Shown: positions 42,910 to 55,500 of the stretch, piece by piece | How the letters are laid out: each line of letters begins with the position of its first letter | How positions within the stretch are numbered: the stretch's first letter is position 1 | DNA from: a virus | Taxonomy: Duplodnaviria; Caudoviricetes | Strand: one strand, 5' to 3' | Length of the DNA: 64,000 nucleotides | Virus record (IMG/VR): IMGVR_UViG_3300035208_002115 | Notes under the pieces: model-generated | Seen by the model: only the letters and a program-made list of their open reading frames with translations | Databases searched by the model: none | What the model was told of the DNA's origin: nothing | Position numbers and translations under genes: made by a program

Positions 42910-43362
42910 TTGAAAAGGGTCTTTTTTCTATTGATACTAACTATTCTAATCTCGTGTTCTTCAACTAAATATACTTTTTATTATGAAAAAAAAGTGCAGT
43001 TGATAGAGAATAAAGGGATGCACTTTATGAAAACTTATATTAATGGTAAACCATTTTATTTATTAATTGACACTGGTGCAAGTAAATCCCTTTTAGATAT
43101 TACACAAAATAAAGATGTTGGTTTTGGGTATATGTTATTAGCCAAAAACAAGTATGTTGGGATTGGTGGGGTCACTGATATTTATGTAATATTCGATTAT
43201 AAAATGGATGATTTATTTATAACCTTCATGGGTTGTGACTTATCAGAAGTTATCTCTTATTTTGATAAAGATGGAATGCATATTGTTGGTGTTTTAGGTG
43301 CGGATTTCTTCGATACATATAAAGCTAAAATAGATTTCACTACGAATATTTTGTATTATTAA
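42910..43362 (+). CDS. retropepsin-like aspartic protease, lipoprotein
   Basis: LIDTGAS and GVLGADF motifs. Signal peptide with lipobox ILISC. Confidence 0.8.
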   Translation: MKRVFFLLILTILISCSSTKYTFYYEKKVQLIENKGMHFMKTYINGKPFYLLIDTGASKSLLDITQNKDVGFGYMLLAKNKYVGIGGVTDIYVIFDYKMDDLFITFMGCDLSEVISYFDKDGMHIVGVLGADFFDTYKAKIDFTTNILYY

Positions 43363-43381
43363 TATGAACTAAAAATATATT

Positions 43382-43741
43382 TTATATTTTCGAATTAGTA
43401 TAAACTTTATCATCGTGTAGTTCAAGCCAATTCTTAACATCTACTTTAGTTGAAGCAGACCACGACCCTTTACCAGTTGCATAATTATAATTACTAAATG
43501 AAACATCAGTTGGATATCTCAACTGTTTTTCAGTGCGTTTGATATTATACTTTTTCTCAATTTCATCATTTATTTCAATATTTTTTTTAGAAAGATTATC
43601 ACCTAATGACATCCATTCATCATGACTTATTGAATTTAATGCTGTGATTGTATAATATTTACCAGTCCAAGATAGTTTTATTTCCACTTCACATTTATTT
43701 CCTGAAGATTCGAATATTTTAAAATTTAGAATATGTTTCAT
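43382..43741 (-). CDS. small protein with leader (MKHILNFKIFES)
   Basis: Leader motif. Confidence 0.7.
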   Translation of the reverse strand: MKHILNFKIFESSGNKCEVEIKLSWTGKYYTITALNSISHDEWMSLGDNLSKKNIEINDEIEKKYNIKRTEKQLRYPTDVSFSNYNYATGKGSWSASTKVDVKNWLELHDDKVYTNSKI

Positions 43742-43747
43742 AATTTT

Positions 43748-43987
43748 TTATTTAAGTGTTCCAGATATTTCAACTTCTTCGCCATCAATGGTCACTTTAA
43801 ATGAATATCTGCCGTATCCTCTATTAAAAGATTTAATTGTACCACCAACGGCTCTAACCAAATTTTCGAGTTCATTGGTACTTATCAAATCATCAAAATA
43901 CATATTAAGTAATGTATTTAGTTTTTTATAATTCTTATTTTCCTTTTTATTTTCCTCGAATAAATTAAAGGATAAAAATGTGTTCAT
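43748..43987 (-). CDS. small protein with leader (MNTFLSFNLFEE)
   Basis: Leader motif. Confidence 0.65.
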   Translation of the reverse strand: MNTFLSFNLFEENKKENKNYKKLNTLLNMYFDDLISTNELENLVRAVGGTIKSFNRGYGRYSFKVTIDGEEVEISGTLK

Positions 43988-43989
43988 AT

Positions 43990-44349
43990 TTATTCACCAA
44001 TTTCTATTTTCCACCAACCACGAGATTCTTCATCACTATCAGCTTTTGCTATTACTAATTCTCCCTCGGTCATTCCATTTTCTACCTGAGATGCTACATA
44101 ATCATAGTCAGCATCACCCATTTCAAAACCATCTTCAAATATTTCATAATTTATAGTCCAATATGGGTGATATCCAGATGTATATTCTTGTCTGATTAAA
44201 GAAGCAATATGAGCTAATTTATCTTCTTCATTTACATCTTCCTGTGATTGAATATCGTCATTATTATCATCTGGTTGGGTTTGACCCTGTAATTCATCTT
44301 GTATTTCATCTTCTTGTGAATATGATTCGAATGTTTTTAAGTATTTCAT
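43990..44349 (-). CDS. very acidic protein with leader (MKYLKTFESY)
   Basis: Leader, D/E-rich, two IA..I..G..G...W repeats. Confidence 0.7.
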   Translation of the reverse strand: MKYLKTFESYSQEDEIQDELQGQTQPDDNNDDIQSQEDVNEEDKLAHIASLIRQEYTSGYHPYWTINYEIFEDGFEMGDADYDYVASQVENGMTEGELVIAKADSDEESRGWWKIEIGE

Positions 44350-44366
44350 TTTTATATTTTTATTTT

Positions 44367-44494
44367 TTAATAAACTATTTTTCTAATAGCGTCTTTTACT
44401 TGTTCTGCTGTTGTAATTTTATCCCAATCTTTTAATATTTTACCTTGAATATTTTTGATATATCATATTCTTCAAAGGTTCTAACGAATTTCAT
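44367..44494 (-). pseudogene. frameshifted small leader-bearing gene (MKFVRTFEEYD / IKNIQGKILKDW...)
   Basis: The ATG at 44494 overlaps the end of the upstream gene. Removing 2 nt from gatatatc joins it to an open frame ending at 44367. Confidence 0.45.
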
Positions 44495-44882
44495 CTTTTC
44501 TATTAGTTATTTTTTCATAATATTCCCTTTCATAACGGGATTTATCATCTTTATGTATAATTTCATTACCATCTAAATCGAAATAATTTTTGTATTTATT
44601 CTTAGTACCAGAGTAAGTCATATATCTAACATCCATTATAGCTGAACCATCTTTCATAACATATAATTTACCTTTATACAATTGTGAATTTGGCTTATTG
44701 GTTACTTCATATTTTTCTTTAACGTATTCTTTATACTTATCTTCAATTTCCACTTTTTCAGCAATAAATGAAGATGTCGAAGATAAATATTTAATTTTGA
44801 AATTATTCCCAATACGTATATCTTTCGGCATTTCATTTTTATTTTCTAATAAAAAGATATCAAAATTATTAATGTGTATCAT
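44481..44882 (-). CDS. protein with leader (MIHINNFDIFLLE)
   Basis: Leader. TTTTAATATATAA upstream at 44904-44916. Confidence 0.65.
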   Translation of the reverse strand: MIHINNFDIFLLENKNEMPKDIRIGNNFKIKYLSSTSSFIAEKVEIEDKYKEYVKEKYEVTNKPNSQLYKGKLYVMKDGSAIMDVRYMTYSGTKNKYKNYFDLDGNEIIHKDDKSRYEREYYEKITNRKDEIR

Positions 44883-44954
44883 TTTAAATTATTTAATTTT
44901 ATATTATATATTAAAAAAATATATTAAATTTACACCTTACATAAATATTTTGTC

Positions 44955-47900
44955 ATGAAACCTATTTTGATTGATGATTTGATTAAGGACAATCTACCAC
45001 AGTCCGAACACACCGTTATTGTAAAAGGTATAAAAATGAAAGGATGGCAAGTTGCCAAACCTCTTAATTATGAACTTCAACATATATCATTAAGAAACAG
45101 AATTGTTATGGCTTTTTACGTATTAATAGGAAAAGCTATCGCTGTTAGATATTTTTGTGATATGAGTGATTCTGAACAATCAAAATACGTTGAAAACAAA
45201 ATTAAAAATAAATAATTTGTTTTATGAAAGCCACAAATCTACATCACTTTTGTAGTAGCCCTGCACCTGCTGAATGGCGTGAAATCCCAGAGATAAAAGC
45301 ACAATATCCAAAACAAATCAACTGTGAAAAATCTTTACAAAAAATAGATAAATTGAATATCTGTGTGTGGATGATTGGTTGGGGTGGTGTCTGGAAACCA
45401 GCCAGTGATTTTTTTCATGTAACAAAATAATAATGGAAGCAAGAATATTAGACCTATTAAAGTCCATAGAATCTTTGGTCGAAAAAAGTATTCATACTAC
45501 TATGACAGAAGAAAAGGCTACGGATATATACGCCATTACTAATGAACTCATGTGTTTGTTAATAGGGAAAAATGATACCGAGACAATAGAGTTTGAATTG
45601 AAAAGTAAATCATTACATGAAATAATACAAAAATGTCAATCGTTGGATATTGACCCCAAAAAGACTAAAATTACATATAAAATTTTTGAAGATATTTCAT
45701 ACCCTGATGAATATTATGCTAAACTTTATTTAAAATATAAAAAGTAATGTCAACTGATGATTTAAAACAAATATATTTAGTTGTATTTAATCAATATACG
45801 AATATAGTCACAGTCACATCAAACTTTGAAAAAAGACTTCATTATTTTATTGGATTATTCAGTTTATATCTTTCAACTGTTACTATTATTTCAATACAAA
45901 TATTTTTGAATACTGACCGTTTCGTATCTTATTATAAAACCAGTTGGCTTACTTATGTTTCTATTATTGGTTTTATATCATTCATCATTATCGACCTTAT
46001 TATATTCACATATTTTTATAAATCTAAAAGAAGATATACAACGAATTTAGGTGATGTCATTGAAATATGTGAATCGCAGAATTTAGATAATGCTCTTACA
46101 TTACATATAGATGAAATGAAATTTTGTATTGAACAAAATTTTAAAAAATATGATATACGCTCAAATCTTTTTAATTTATCTAAAAAGCTATTTTTTATTT
46201 TGATTAATTTTATAGTTTTGGGATTAATAATATTAATAATTTTCACTTAAATGGTATATAGTCCATGCTAAAAGAAGTCAATTATAAAGAGTTGTGTCAT
46301 ATTTTTAAAAAGCTTGAAATATCAAGTCCATTATGTCAAAATTGTGAAAATTACATAAACCATAAACTTATTAAAGACGAACATGGTAGAATTCATTCAC
46401 TACTAATTGAATGTAAATCTTTTAATTTTGTCTAACTAAAAATATATTTATGATACAAATAGGTAATTATATTTATGAATTATGTATAACTGGTGATTGG
46501 GTTCGCTGTGGTAAAATTATAAATGGGGTTGATACGGATTATATAGAATGGTTTGTTTAATAAAATAAACAAATTATCTATAATATACTATAAAAAATAA
46601 AAATTAAATGGAAACTGAAAACCCAAAGATTAATACCTGCTCTACATGTAAACATTGGGGTGGTCAGGGTGTAATTGGTGTAGTACAAGTATTCTCTGGT
46701 GATAATAGAACTTGTATGGCTTATCTGTTTGGTGACATGGATAATGATGATTTTCGACCTATGCCAGATTGGGTTGTAACATTTGGGACTCTGGGTGGTG
46801 CAAAAGGTGTTCTCAAAGTTCATAAAGACTTTGGATGTATAAACCACAATAACAAATTCGAAATATAGATATTTTGGACAGGTTAATTTTATGAATATAA
46901 TATTTGTAAATCGGAAATATATTGTTGGTGGTAAATGGTTGCGATTCGAGAAAATGAAAGGTATAAAATTAATAGGTTTTAAAATTGCAATCGGAAAATT
47001 TGAAGTTAGAATATATTTAATTAGAATAGGTTTAAATAATGATTAATGATTATGTGAATTTAAAACGAGAATGGATGATTCGAACATTTGAAACAATATG
47101 GGGGGTGTTTAAGCTATCTGTTAATTATTAACATTATTATTTTGAAAATAAACAAAAATTCAATATCATACTATAAGAATAATTGGAAATTATTTCTTCA
47201 TTTATTATTAAGAACCAAACGATTTGGTGTCAATAATAAATGGTGGAATGATTTTGATTCATTATTTGGATTGCCATTTGTGATAATAATATGGAGAATA
47301 CTAATTGTCAAACCATTAATTATTGAGTGGTCAAAGATTAAGTTTAGAATAGTTGCATGTCATTTTATTTCAGATAAAGAAAAAAATATAATTGGTATTA
47401 CTAAAATGTAAATTATGTCGAAATATAAATTTAATCCATTAAAACATGGATATGAACCTATCTCAACACACCCAGAATTGAGTTATCGATTTCCATTAAT
47501 GGATGATGTTTGGTTTATAAAAATAATTGCATATGATGATTTAAGTGGTTTGGTTTATTGGTATTCTGCTTTATCTGTTTCAGTTGGATTACCACCTGAT
47601 GATAGAGTACATATAGTATCTGGTACACATGATTTCAGAAGACCAGCCAAATATGAAAAACAAAGTAAAATACATACTAATTATACTGGTTTAATTTCAT
47701 CGGACGAATTTGCCAAGGAACTTCTGAAACATTTGTTTGGCACTACTAAGAATGAAAGTGTTGAAAAGGAAGGTATCGAAAGATATAGTACCAATATAGG
47801 TAAGGAAATGCGTTTAAAATTTAATCACTTGATATCATGAAAATGTCAGTTCAATTGAGTAAAGGTTTTAAAACCGATATGACTGGATTAGAGGTGAAAG

Positions 47901-49539
47901 TCGATGATAAGGTTGTCGGAGAAGTACTCGATTATGATTCGGAAACAGGAATGGCAAATATAAAATTGGATAAAGAAAAGTGTGATGCAATAGGTTTTAA
48001 CCCTCTTGCTGGTAGAAATATAGGATTAATTTTATAGATTATAATCATGATTGAAATAAATGGTAAACAATTTCCTTTATGGAGTCAATTTATCGAAAGA
48101 AAGAGTGAATGGATGGGTGGTACACTACAAGACATGGGTGATGATATGGATGTTTTACTTGGTTTGGGGTCTATGACAACAAAAATAACAGATATTGATT
48201 TAAGAGCTAATGGCGATGATTCTGCATATTTTAGTGTAGATGGGGAAAACTTCGGGTGTGGATTTGATGTTCAATATGGTGGTATAATAGCTGGTGCTGC
48301 GGGGTGGATAACATTCAGTGGTTACGGTGGTCATACTTGGAGAATAAAAATGAAAAATGAAAAATGAAAACTAAAATTATTAGTATTAGAACTGTTCTTG
48401 GAAATGAACGAGTGTTCACGGTTAATGGGGCTTGTCCTGTTACAAATAAAGTTATATCAAGTATAATATTTTATGATAGGTGGGCGTATAGAATGTACGA
48501 TGCTGATGATAACTTGATTTCCGAAGTTGTTAATACACCATGTATTATTGTTTATGGACATGAATAATTCTGATAACATACCAATTAATTTCTGGGATGA
48601 TTTTTACGATGATGATTTTGTACCAGAAGGTAAAATTCAAGAAACATATGCATATATTGAAGAACGCAATTATCCCCTCGAAAAACAAAAAGACTGTTTA
48701 TATTTACTTCTTAGTTATATTAATGAAAATATAAAATTAGAAGGTGTTAAAATATGGATTGAATTTTACGATTCAAAGAAGGAATATCCAGACCTCATCG
48801 GAACTGAGAATGAGTGGTGTTTATTTGAAAGGTGGGAAATAAAAATTGAAAATATAACACATGTTCAACTTGAATATTTGATTGAAGAACTAAATAGTGT
48901 CACTTTGATGTTTGATAATTTACAACTTAATATATATTCTGAATCATGAAAAAGCCAACACACAAAAGAGAAAATGGGTTACAGTTTACTCATGTTAAAA
49001 TAAAACCAATAGTTAAAAACAGACATTATATATCTTTATTTTCTTATAGTTTTAACGATATTGAACCAATGATGGATACCACAATTGGTGGTGAATCTGC
49101 TGAAGAATGCCTTAAAAAGACCGAAAAGTTTTTACAAACTAATTTAAAACCATCTGAATATACATTTTTTTAATGAAATCAATCAATAAAAATGTTGAAT
49201 AATTTACCATCAATATTATTAGGCATTAATCGGAGTTTTATTAGTTGTGGACATAGAAGTATATTATTTGACTTTGCTTGGTACTTTCGATTATTTGACT
49301 ATATACGTGTGTTTGTTAAAAAATATATTCTAACTAAATTAAGATTAAGAGATAAACAAAGTTGTAGACATTGTGGTAGAGACCAGAGTGTAGTATGGTC
49401 TTGTGAAGATGTTTTATGGCTTAGATTACCAAAACGATGGCACAATACCGCATTATGTTTAGAATGTTTCGTAGCTTTACACCCAGATAAATTAAATACA
49501 GAAGATATTAAAATATTGGGTTATATAGAGTCAAGATAA
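44955..49539 (+). other. cluster of about 15 small hypothetical CDS
   Basis: Packed ORFs with overlapping start/stop junctions. 45747 is a 3-TM protein. Confidence 0.55.
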
Positions 49540-50223
49540 TATTTCTTCTAATTTATGTTTTCTTAATTTAGCTATACTTTCATTTAATGTTTTTCTATAA
49601 TGTTTTACCTCTGATTCCATCAAAGTGTTAAACACCCGTTTATCTTTTAATAATAATTCAAAAATATTTTTATGGCCAAACTCAGCCGATTTTTTAATCG
49701 CTTTATTAAATGTGAAAGTAGGGTCAACATTTTTATCTTGTAATAATCTTTCTACTACTTTGTAATTCCCTATTCGTGAGGATTCTATAATAGCTTGATG
49801 ATTGTCGAATGCTGGATGAAATCTATCTTGGGGGTCTTTCAATAAAAAATCAACCATATCCAATCTTCCTTCACTGGCAGAAACAGTTAATAAAGAACGA
49901 TTTTCATAATCATACCCAATCCAATTATTATCAACCAAAAATTTTAAAATATTAAATTTATTATACATGATTGCTGTTATACCAGCTCTAACACCAACAT
50001 GGGGTTTACTAATTTTATCGTGGTTTAATGTGAATATAACTGATAACAGATTACCAGACTTTATAGCATAATCCAATATAATATCAGGACTCATCCCTAA
50101 ATTCAAAGCTAATTTAATTTTCTTTAATGAACCGTTTTTTATATAATCGAATAATATTGCATCGGATTTCCATTTAGGTAATCTTCTCAATTCATTTTTG
50201 TTTAATGATTTATGAATAGTCAT
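49531..50223 (-). CDS. ankyrin-repeat protein with C-terminal RxxKL tail
   Basis: Repeated A...G..+V+.LL units (SASEGRLDMVDFLL, SSRIGNYKVVERLL, SAEFGHKNIFELLL). Ends RKHKLEEILS. Confidence 0.8.
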   Translation of the reverse strand: MTIHKSLNKNELRRLPKWKSDAILFDYIKNGSLKKIKLALNLGMSPDIILDYAIKSGNLLSVIFTLNHDKISKPHVGVRAGITAIMYNKFNILKFLVDNNWIGYDYENRSLLTVSASEGRLDMVDFLLKDPQDRFHPAFDNHQAIIESSRIGNYKVVERLLQDKNVDPTFTFNKAIKKSAEFGHKNIFELLLKDKRVFNTLMESEVKHYRKTLNESIAKLRKHKLEEILS

Positions 50224-50236
50224 ATTATTCTTTGTT

Positions 50237-50416
50237 CTAAATGTCTTTTTTAATGTCTATAATTTCATCAGATTGTTGATTCATTATTTGGTTAAAAAGT
50301 TCTTCTCTTATTTTATAATTATAACCAAATATATTCATATCACTTCTATCAGCTATTCTCAATGACCCTTCCAATACACGAATCATAATAATGAGTTGTT
50401 TTTCGGTAACTTTCAT
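50237..50416 (-). CDS. 59-aa hypothetical not in the ORF track (MKVTEKQLII...)
   Basis: Translated by hand. Minus-strand TATTTTTG at 50439-50446 upstream. Confidence 0.55.
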   Translation of the reverse strand: MKVTEKQLIIMIRVLEGSLRIADRSDMNIFGYNYKIREELFNQIMNQQSDEIIDIKKDI

Positions 50417-50507
50417 ATTTAAATTATTAATTTATACACAAAAATAATATTAAATAATTAATTAATTGGAATAAATTAATAAATTTGTAAGGCTTAAATA
50501 AAATACC

Positions 50508-50795
50508 ATGAAAGTGAAAATAATACTATTATTATCCATATTTTTTATTTTTCTTTCTTCTTGTTCTAAATGTAGAGAATGTAAAAAAGAAGAATGGGTA
50601 GTTAAAAAAATTGAGGTGGAATTAATAACTGGAACAAAAAAAATTGTTTATTTCAAAATTCCACCGTATTCCGATGTAACTATATCCAGTACTAACGGTT
50701 CATATCGAATGAGTGCATGGGTATATGATGCGATTTGTATAAAAAATGAGATAACACTAATGTACGGAGTAGTGTATTGTAAAGTATTAAACTGA
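50508..50795 (+). CDS. predicted lipoprotein
   Basis: Signal peptide with lipobox LSSC. TAAATTTG at 50480. Confidence 0.65.
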   Translation: MKVKIILLLSIFFIFLSSCSKCRECKKEEWVVKKIEVELITGTKKIVYFKIPPYSDVTISSTNGSYRMSAWVYDAICIKNEITLMYGVVYCKVLN

Positions 50796-51162
50796 TGATA
50801 AAAAAAATTAAAAATCCAGTTAAAGTAATACTTACTAAAGAGATATCAAAAGTAACTGGGTTACAAAAATGCACTAAATGTGATAGCCCAAAGAATGGTT
50901 GGAGTTCGCATTGTAAATTTTGTGGTATGCCCATTGTTTATTAAATTAATAACATGAAAGTAGGTGATATAGTAAAACCAACAAAAGAAAGCGGATTCAT
51001 ATTATGTTGTGGTTCAGGATGGTATGAAGACGCAGTGGTTGTTTCTATGTCACCATTTATGCTTAAATCAAGAGAAGCTGATATGACGTGGATTAGTACT
51101 ATTAAAGAAGAATATTTTTATGTGGTCGGTGAAATAGACCATGAAACGTATATAAATTATTA

Positions 51163-52542
51163 TTGTCGATGAATATGAAAATGGTCGATATCATAGAAGA
51201 AGATGTAACTGCTGTTATAAAAAAATTCACAACCAGAGATGGTTCTGTATTTATATCAGAAGGTCATCAAGATTGGCAGATAAAAAAGGCTAAAGAAGCT
51301 GCTGAATTTCGTAATCTCGAATATGATTTCTTACATTTCAAAGTAGATGAAAATCTCTTAAAAACTTATAAAAGTGAAAATTGGCTACATTTTAAATGGT
51401 TTATCTACCAACGTGGCTTGATATGTAATAAGATTAATAGACAATTTGGTGATGATATTTACGAGCCATACCGTAATATCAAAGAATTTAATAATATAAC
51501 AGAACAAGAATTTCGTTTTTTTGTGAAAAAAATGTTATTTAAGAAAACATCACAAAATGTTGTAGTTATAAAACCAAGCTTTCTGAAAGATAAAACATTT
51601 TTTGACCTTATATTTTTCTCTGGTCTTATAGATTTTAATGATAATAAAGGTATCATTAAAATGTATATGTTAAATGACGGTGTGAAAGAAGAAAATTTTG
51701 ATGATGTTTATCCAGAGGTTGAAAAATATTATCTCGATAGAATGAACGATGCTATATTTGGGGTTGTAGCATTAACTGAAAATACTAATTATTTAGAAGA
51801 AGTTATTAAAGCTGGTATACTAAAACCAACATTAGAACATTTGTCTCGTATTGGATACTATCGTTTTAATGGAAAAAATAAAATATTAAAGGGTACAAAA
51901 TTAAACGTAGTAAAATATGATATAACATATAAATTTGAATTTCCCTCTGATGATAAATCAGAAGAATATTTCAAAAAATATATGAGTTTATGTCCAAACA
52001 CACAAAAAGAAATTTTATATAAAATATTATTTAATCACAATTATTATTTATTCATTCAGTCTAATTATGGAATGTTGTGTATGTATTATCAGTACTTTCA
52101 TAATATGACTGAATTAGAGTCATTTAAAAAAGCTGAAGAAATTCATTCAGCATTTCTACTAATTGCACATAATAAAAATTATTCTTGCTTACAACCTTAT
52201 GCTAAATTCGATGAAGATTTATATGATATTATAATTAATGTTCCATTTTTTACGATGGACGCTTATAGCTATAATAAAACATTTATTCCAATCGCTTATA
52301 GATATTTAATTGATAATTTTCCAGATAGAAAAGCAGAAATAGACATTTATGCTGTCTGGTCTTCTGAGGGTAGTTTTATTCCAGAAATTTATAAATCAAA
52401 TAAAACGTTTGTAGATATTAAGTTTTATATTAAATTGGAAAAATTAGTAATAGATAAATCCAAAACAAAATATAATATTAGATATACTTTCAGTGAATTT
52501 AAGAAAAAAATATCTAACATGGCTATTGATTTTGTAATTTAA
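51163..52542 (+). CDS. hypothetical protein (459 aa)
   Basis: Long intact ORF with no motif recognised. Confidence 0.65.
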   Translation: MSMNMKMVDIIEEDVTAVIKKFTTRDGSVFISEGHQDWQIKKAKEAAEFRNLEYDFLHFKVDENLLKTYKSENWLHFKWFIYQRGLICNKINRQFGDDIYEPYRNIKEFNNITEQEFRFFVKKMLFKKTSQNVVVIKPSFLKDKTFFDLIFFSGLIDFNDNKGIIKMYMLNDGVKEENFDDVYPEVEKYYLDRMNDAIFGVVALTENTNYLEEVIKAGILKPTLEHLSRIGYYRFNGKNKILKGTKLNVVKYDITYKFEFPSDDKSEEYFKKYMSLCPNTQKEILYKILFNHNYYLFIQSNYGMLCMYYQYFHNMTELESFKKAEEIHSAFLLIAHNKNYSCLQPYAKFDEDLYDIIINVPFFTMDAYSYNKTFIPIAYRYLIDNFPDRKAEIDIYAVWSSEGSFIPEIYKSNKTFVDIKFYIKLEKLVIDKSKTKYNIRYTFSEFKKKISNMAIDFVI

Positions 52543-52548
52543 CTAAAA

Positions 52549-55500
52549 ATGAACGAAATAGATTTTTTAACACATTATCTAAAGACCACTGATTTAACAA
52601 TTATTGAATTGGTAGATAGAAATGCACTTAGCGCAATTTGTCAGGCTATGAGAGCATATAAGATGGAAGACGCTCCAGAAGAAATGTTAACTGTAACTGA
52701 AAAATTGAAACGTTTGCATAAGAAAGCTAACGATATATACAATCATACTTTTTTAACATGGGAAGAAAAATATGGTCAGATTTTTTCGGAAGATGTTTCT
52801 AAAAAAGTGTTTGAACTCATACATCTGGATTATTATGACCCAGACACTGATTACGATGAAGATGTTAAAGCTTTTATGGATGCCTTTAACGAACGAATGA
52901 AAGAAATAATATGAAAAACAAATAGTATGAAAAAAATAAAAACATTTTTAATTTTATTATCAATTGTTTTATTATCATCTTGTGTAATACATGATAATAT
53001 ACAAGACTCTGATTATCAGTATGTCATAACATTAAAGTCTGGTGAGAAAATAAAAGTATGGACTACTAATGTGTGTGATGCTGGATTGGTAGTTTATGAA
53101 ACCCACACATCGAATTATTACATATTATCAACGGACGCTTTTATAAAATGTGAATATGTTGGATTAAAACATAGAAATGAATAATATGCTAAACCTACTG
53201 ATAAAAACAGGGAGTGCTATTTTAATAGGAATTATTTGGTTATTGGTAATTCCAAATTTTGTTTTAATTTTCCCGTTTACTGGAAGATTTTTACATGAGT
53301 ATGATTTTACTGATTTTCCATATGAGTGGTACTGTAACACAAAAAATAAAATATTATAATGGAACACGAAAATTTTGATGTTGTAAAAAAGACCGAGGAA
53401 CTATATGAACACCTTGGTGATGATTTAAGTCTTGAAAAATTAATTTCATACAAACTGGATATTAACATAATATCCAACGAGTGTAAGAAACATACTATAT
53501 TTATTGATTCTAAAGATAAATATGATAAATTTGTAACTGAATTAGAAGATGAAGTAACGGATAACAATAAAAAATTGATAGCAGCTTGGAATCATATGGA
53601 TAATAGACTATCGGAATCCCCAACCAGTCTTCATTTTATGGGGTCTGTAATATTGACAATACCAGTTATTGATTACGTTCTTCAAAAATATTTTTAATAT
53701 GTACGCAGATTTAGCTGGTGCTTTAGAAAAAATAAATAAAAGTTACAAGGTTTTCGAACATAGAGGTAAGTCTTTGTCCAAAGACCAAGTAAGAAAAATC
53801 CTTAAATATGGTCTCTCAAAAGGATATAAAACAACTAACGATTTCACTGATGAAGAAGTTGATGAAATCTTAAATAATTAATTTACATGATTGTAAAAGT
53901 AGTTGACCCAACAAGCCTATTAGACGGTGGTGAATATGAAGTTATTGAAGAATTTGATAATGGTTATTTCATCCGTTGTCACAGTGAAAATTGTAGAGAA
54001 TTTGTTTTAAAAGAACATACAATTATACAATAATTATGGGATTATATACAATAGAAGAAGAACAAAGACGTAAAGATTATATACCTATAATCAGAAAAAG
54101 AATACTTGAACGCATTGAGGATTTAAAATCCAAAATAGAAAATAATGAGAATTTTCCTCATGGTGAACAAGATATAGACGCTTTAATGCAAATTGATGAT
54201 AACATAGAAGCATGTCTAAACAACTGGTATTATTGAAATTATTAAAAACTTTAAAACTTTAAATATATGACAACAGCATTAATAATTTTAGGAGTTATTG
54301 TTTATCTTTTTATTGGTAGAGTGATAATATATCTATGTGCAATAAATTATACCTTCGGTATTGATGCAAACGATGTAGAATATCTTTTATGGATATTTTC
54401 AATATTATTTCCATTGGTTATTTTTTGGGGATTACTTACATTAGCAGCCGATACTCTTGCAGTAAAAATTAATAAAATAATATAATCAATATATAATATG
54501 GAAAAAGATTTTTATAAAGTCGAAATTAAAATCAATAAATCAATGGATTCTGAAAAGGCCAGAGATGCTTTACAAAGAGCAGTTTATGATGCTACGGTTG
54601 TTTTTTATGAAACTATTGGTGAAGGTGGAAGGTTAACAGACGGAAAAAGACTCATTGGTAATGGTCATCATATGGCTCAAAATATGGCTGAACAAGCTTG
54701 TAAATTGTGGGATGAACGTTTAAAATAATAATATTATGTCACACACAACTAAATGTAAAAATAACACGGTATTTATCCACAATTCGGATATGTCTGGAGA
54801 TGTTACTATTGTAACTGGAAAAGGGGAACTTGATGTGAATGGTCATGATATTATCGAGTTTGTCCTACAACGTCTCCCTGAGAATAAAATTGAAGATTTC
54901 AAAAATAAGATGGTTGATGAAATGATGAGTTGGTTTTCAAAGGATTGATATGGAAGAATTAATGATTGGACTTGTTCTATTAGTAATCGCATTATTTATA
55001 TTTGCTAAAGTTAAAGATTGTGGTAGTAACCCAGAATATGAAGCTTGGGTCACACAAGATAAGGCCAAATATCCTGAATTTTATACTGATTAACATGAAC
55101 GAAACTTTAAAATCCGCAGCAAAAGAAATCTTAAAGGGTTTATTAGCTGAATGTACCGAAGGTCAACAGATGATGTTTAAAAGGATGTATTCCCATAATA
55201 ATTTGGAACTTCCTATAAATGAAGTTGTTGATAAATTACCTGATAGTAAAATAGACTGGGCAATTTCCCAGTGTGAAAACACAGTCAACAAAAATAAAAT
55301 TAAAAACAATGAAAGTCTTTAATTTTTTTAAATCTATATACACAAATTTTAAAAAGAATCGTGAGACCAAAAAAACAAGGCCACCAAAGCACCGTCATAA
55401 AAAAGAATGGAAACGGGTTGAATATTTGGTTGGAACTAACCATTATATCGATGGAAAAGAAATTCAGAAAAAGGTATATCGGTATGATATAGTTTGTACC

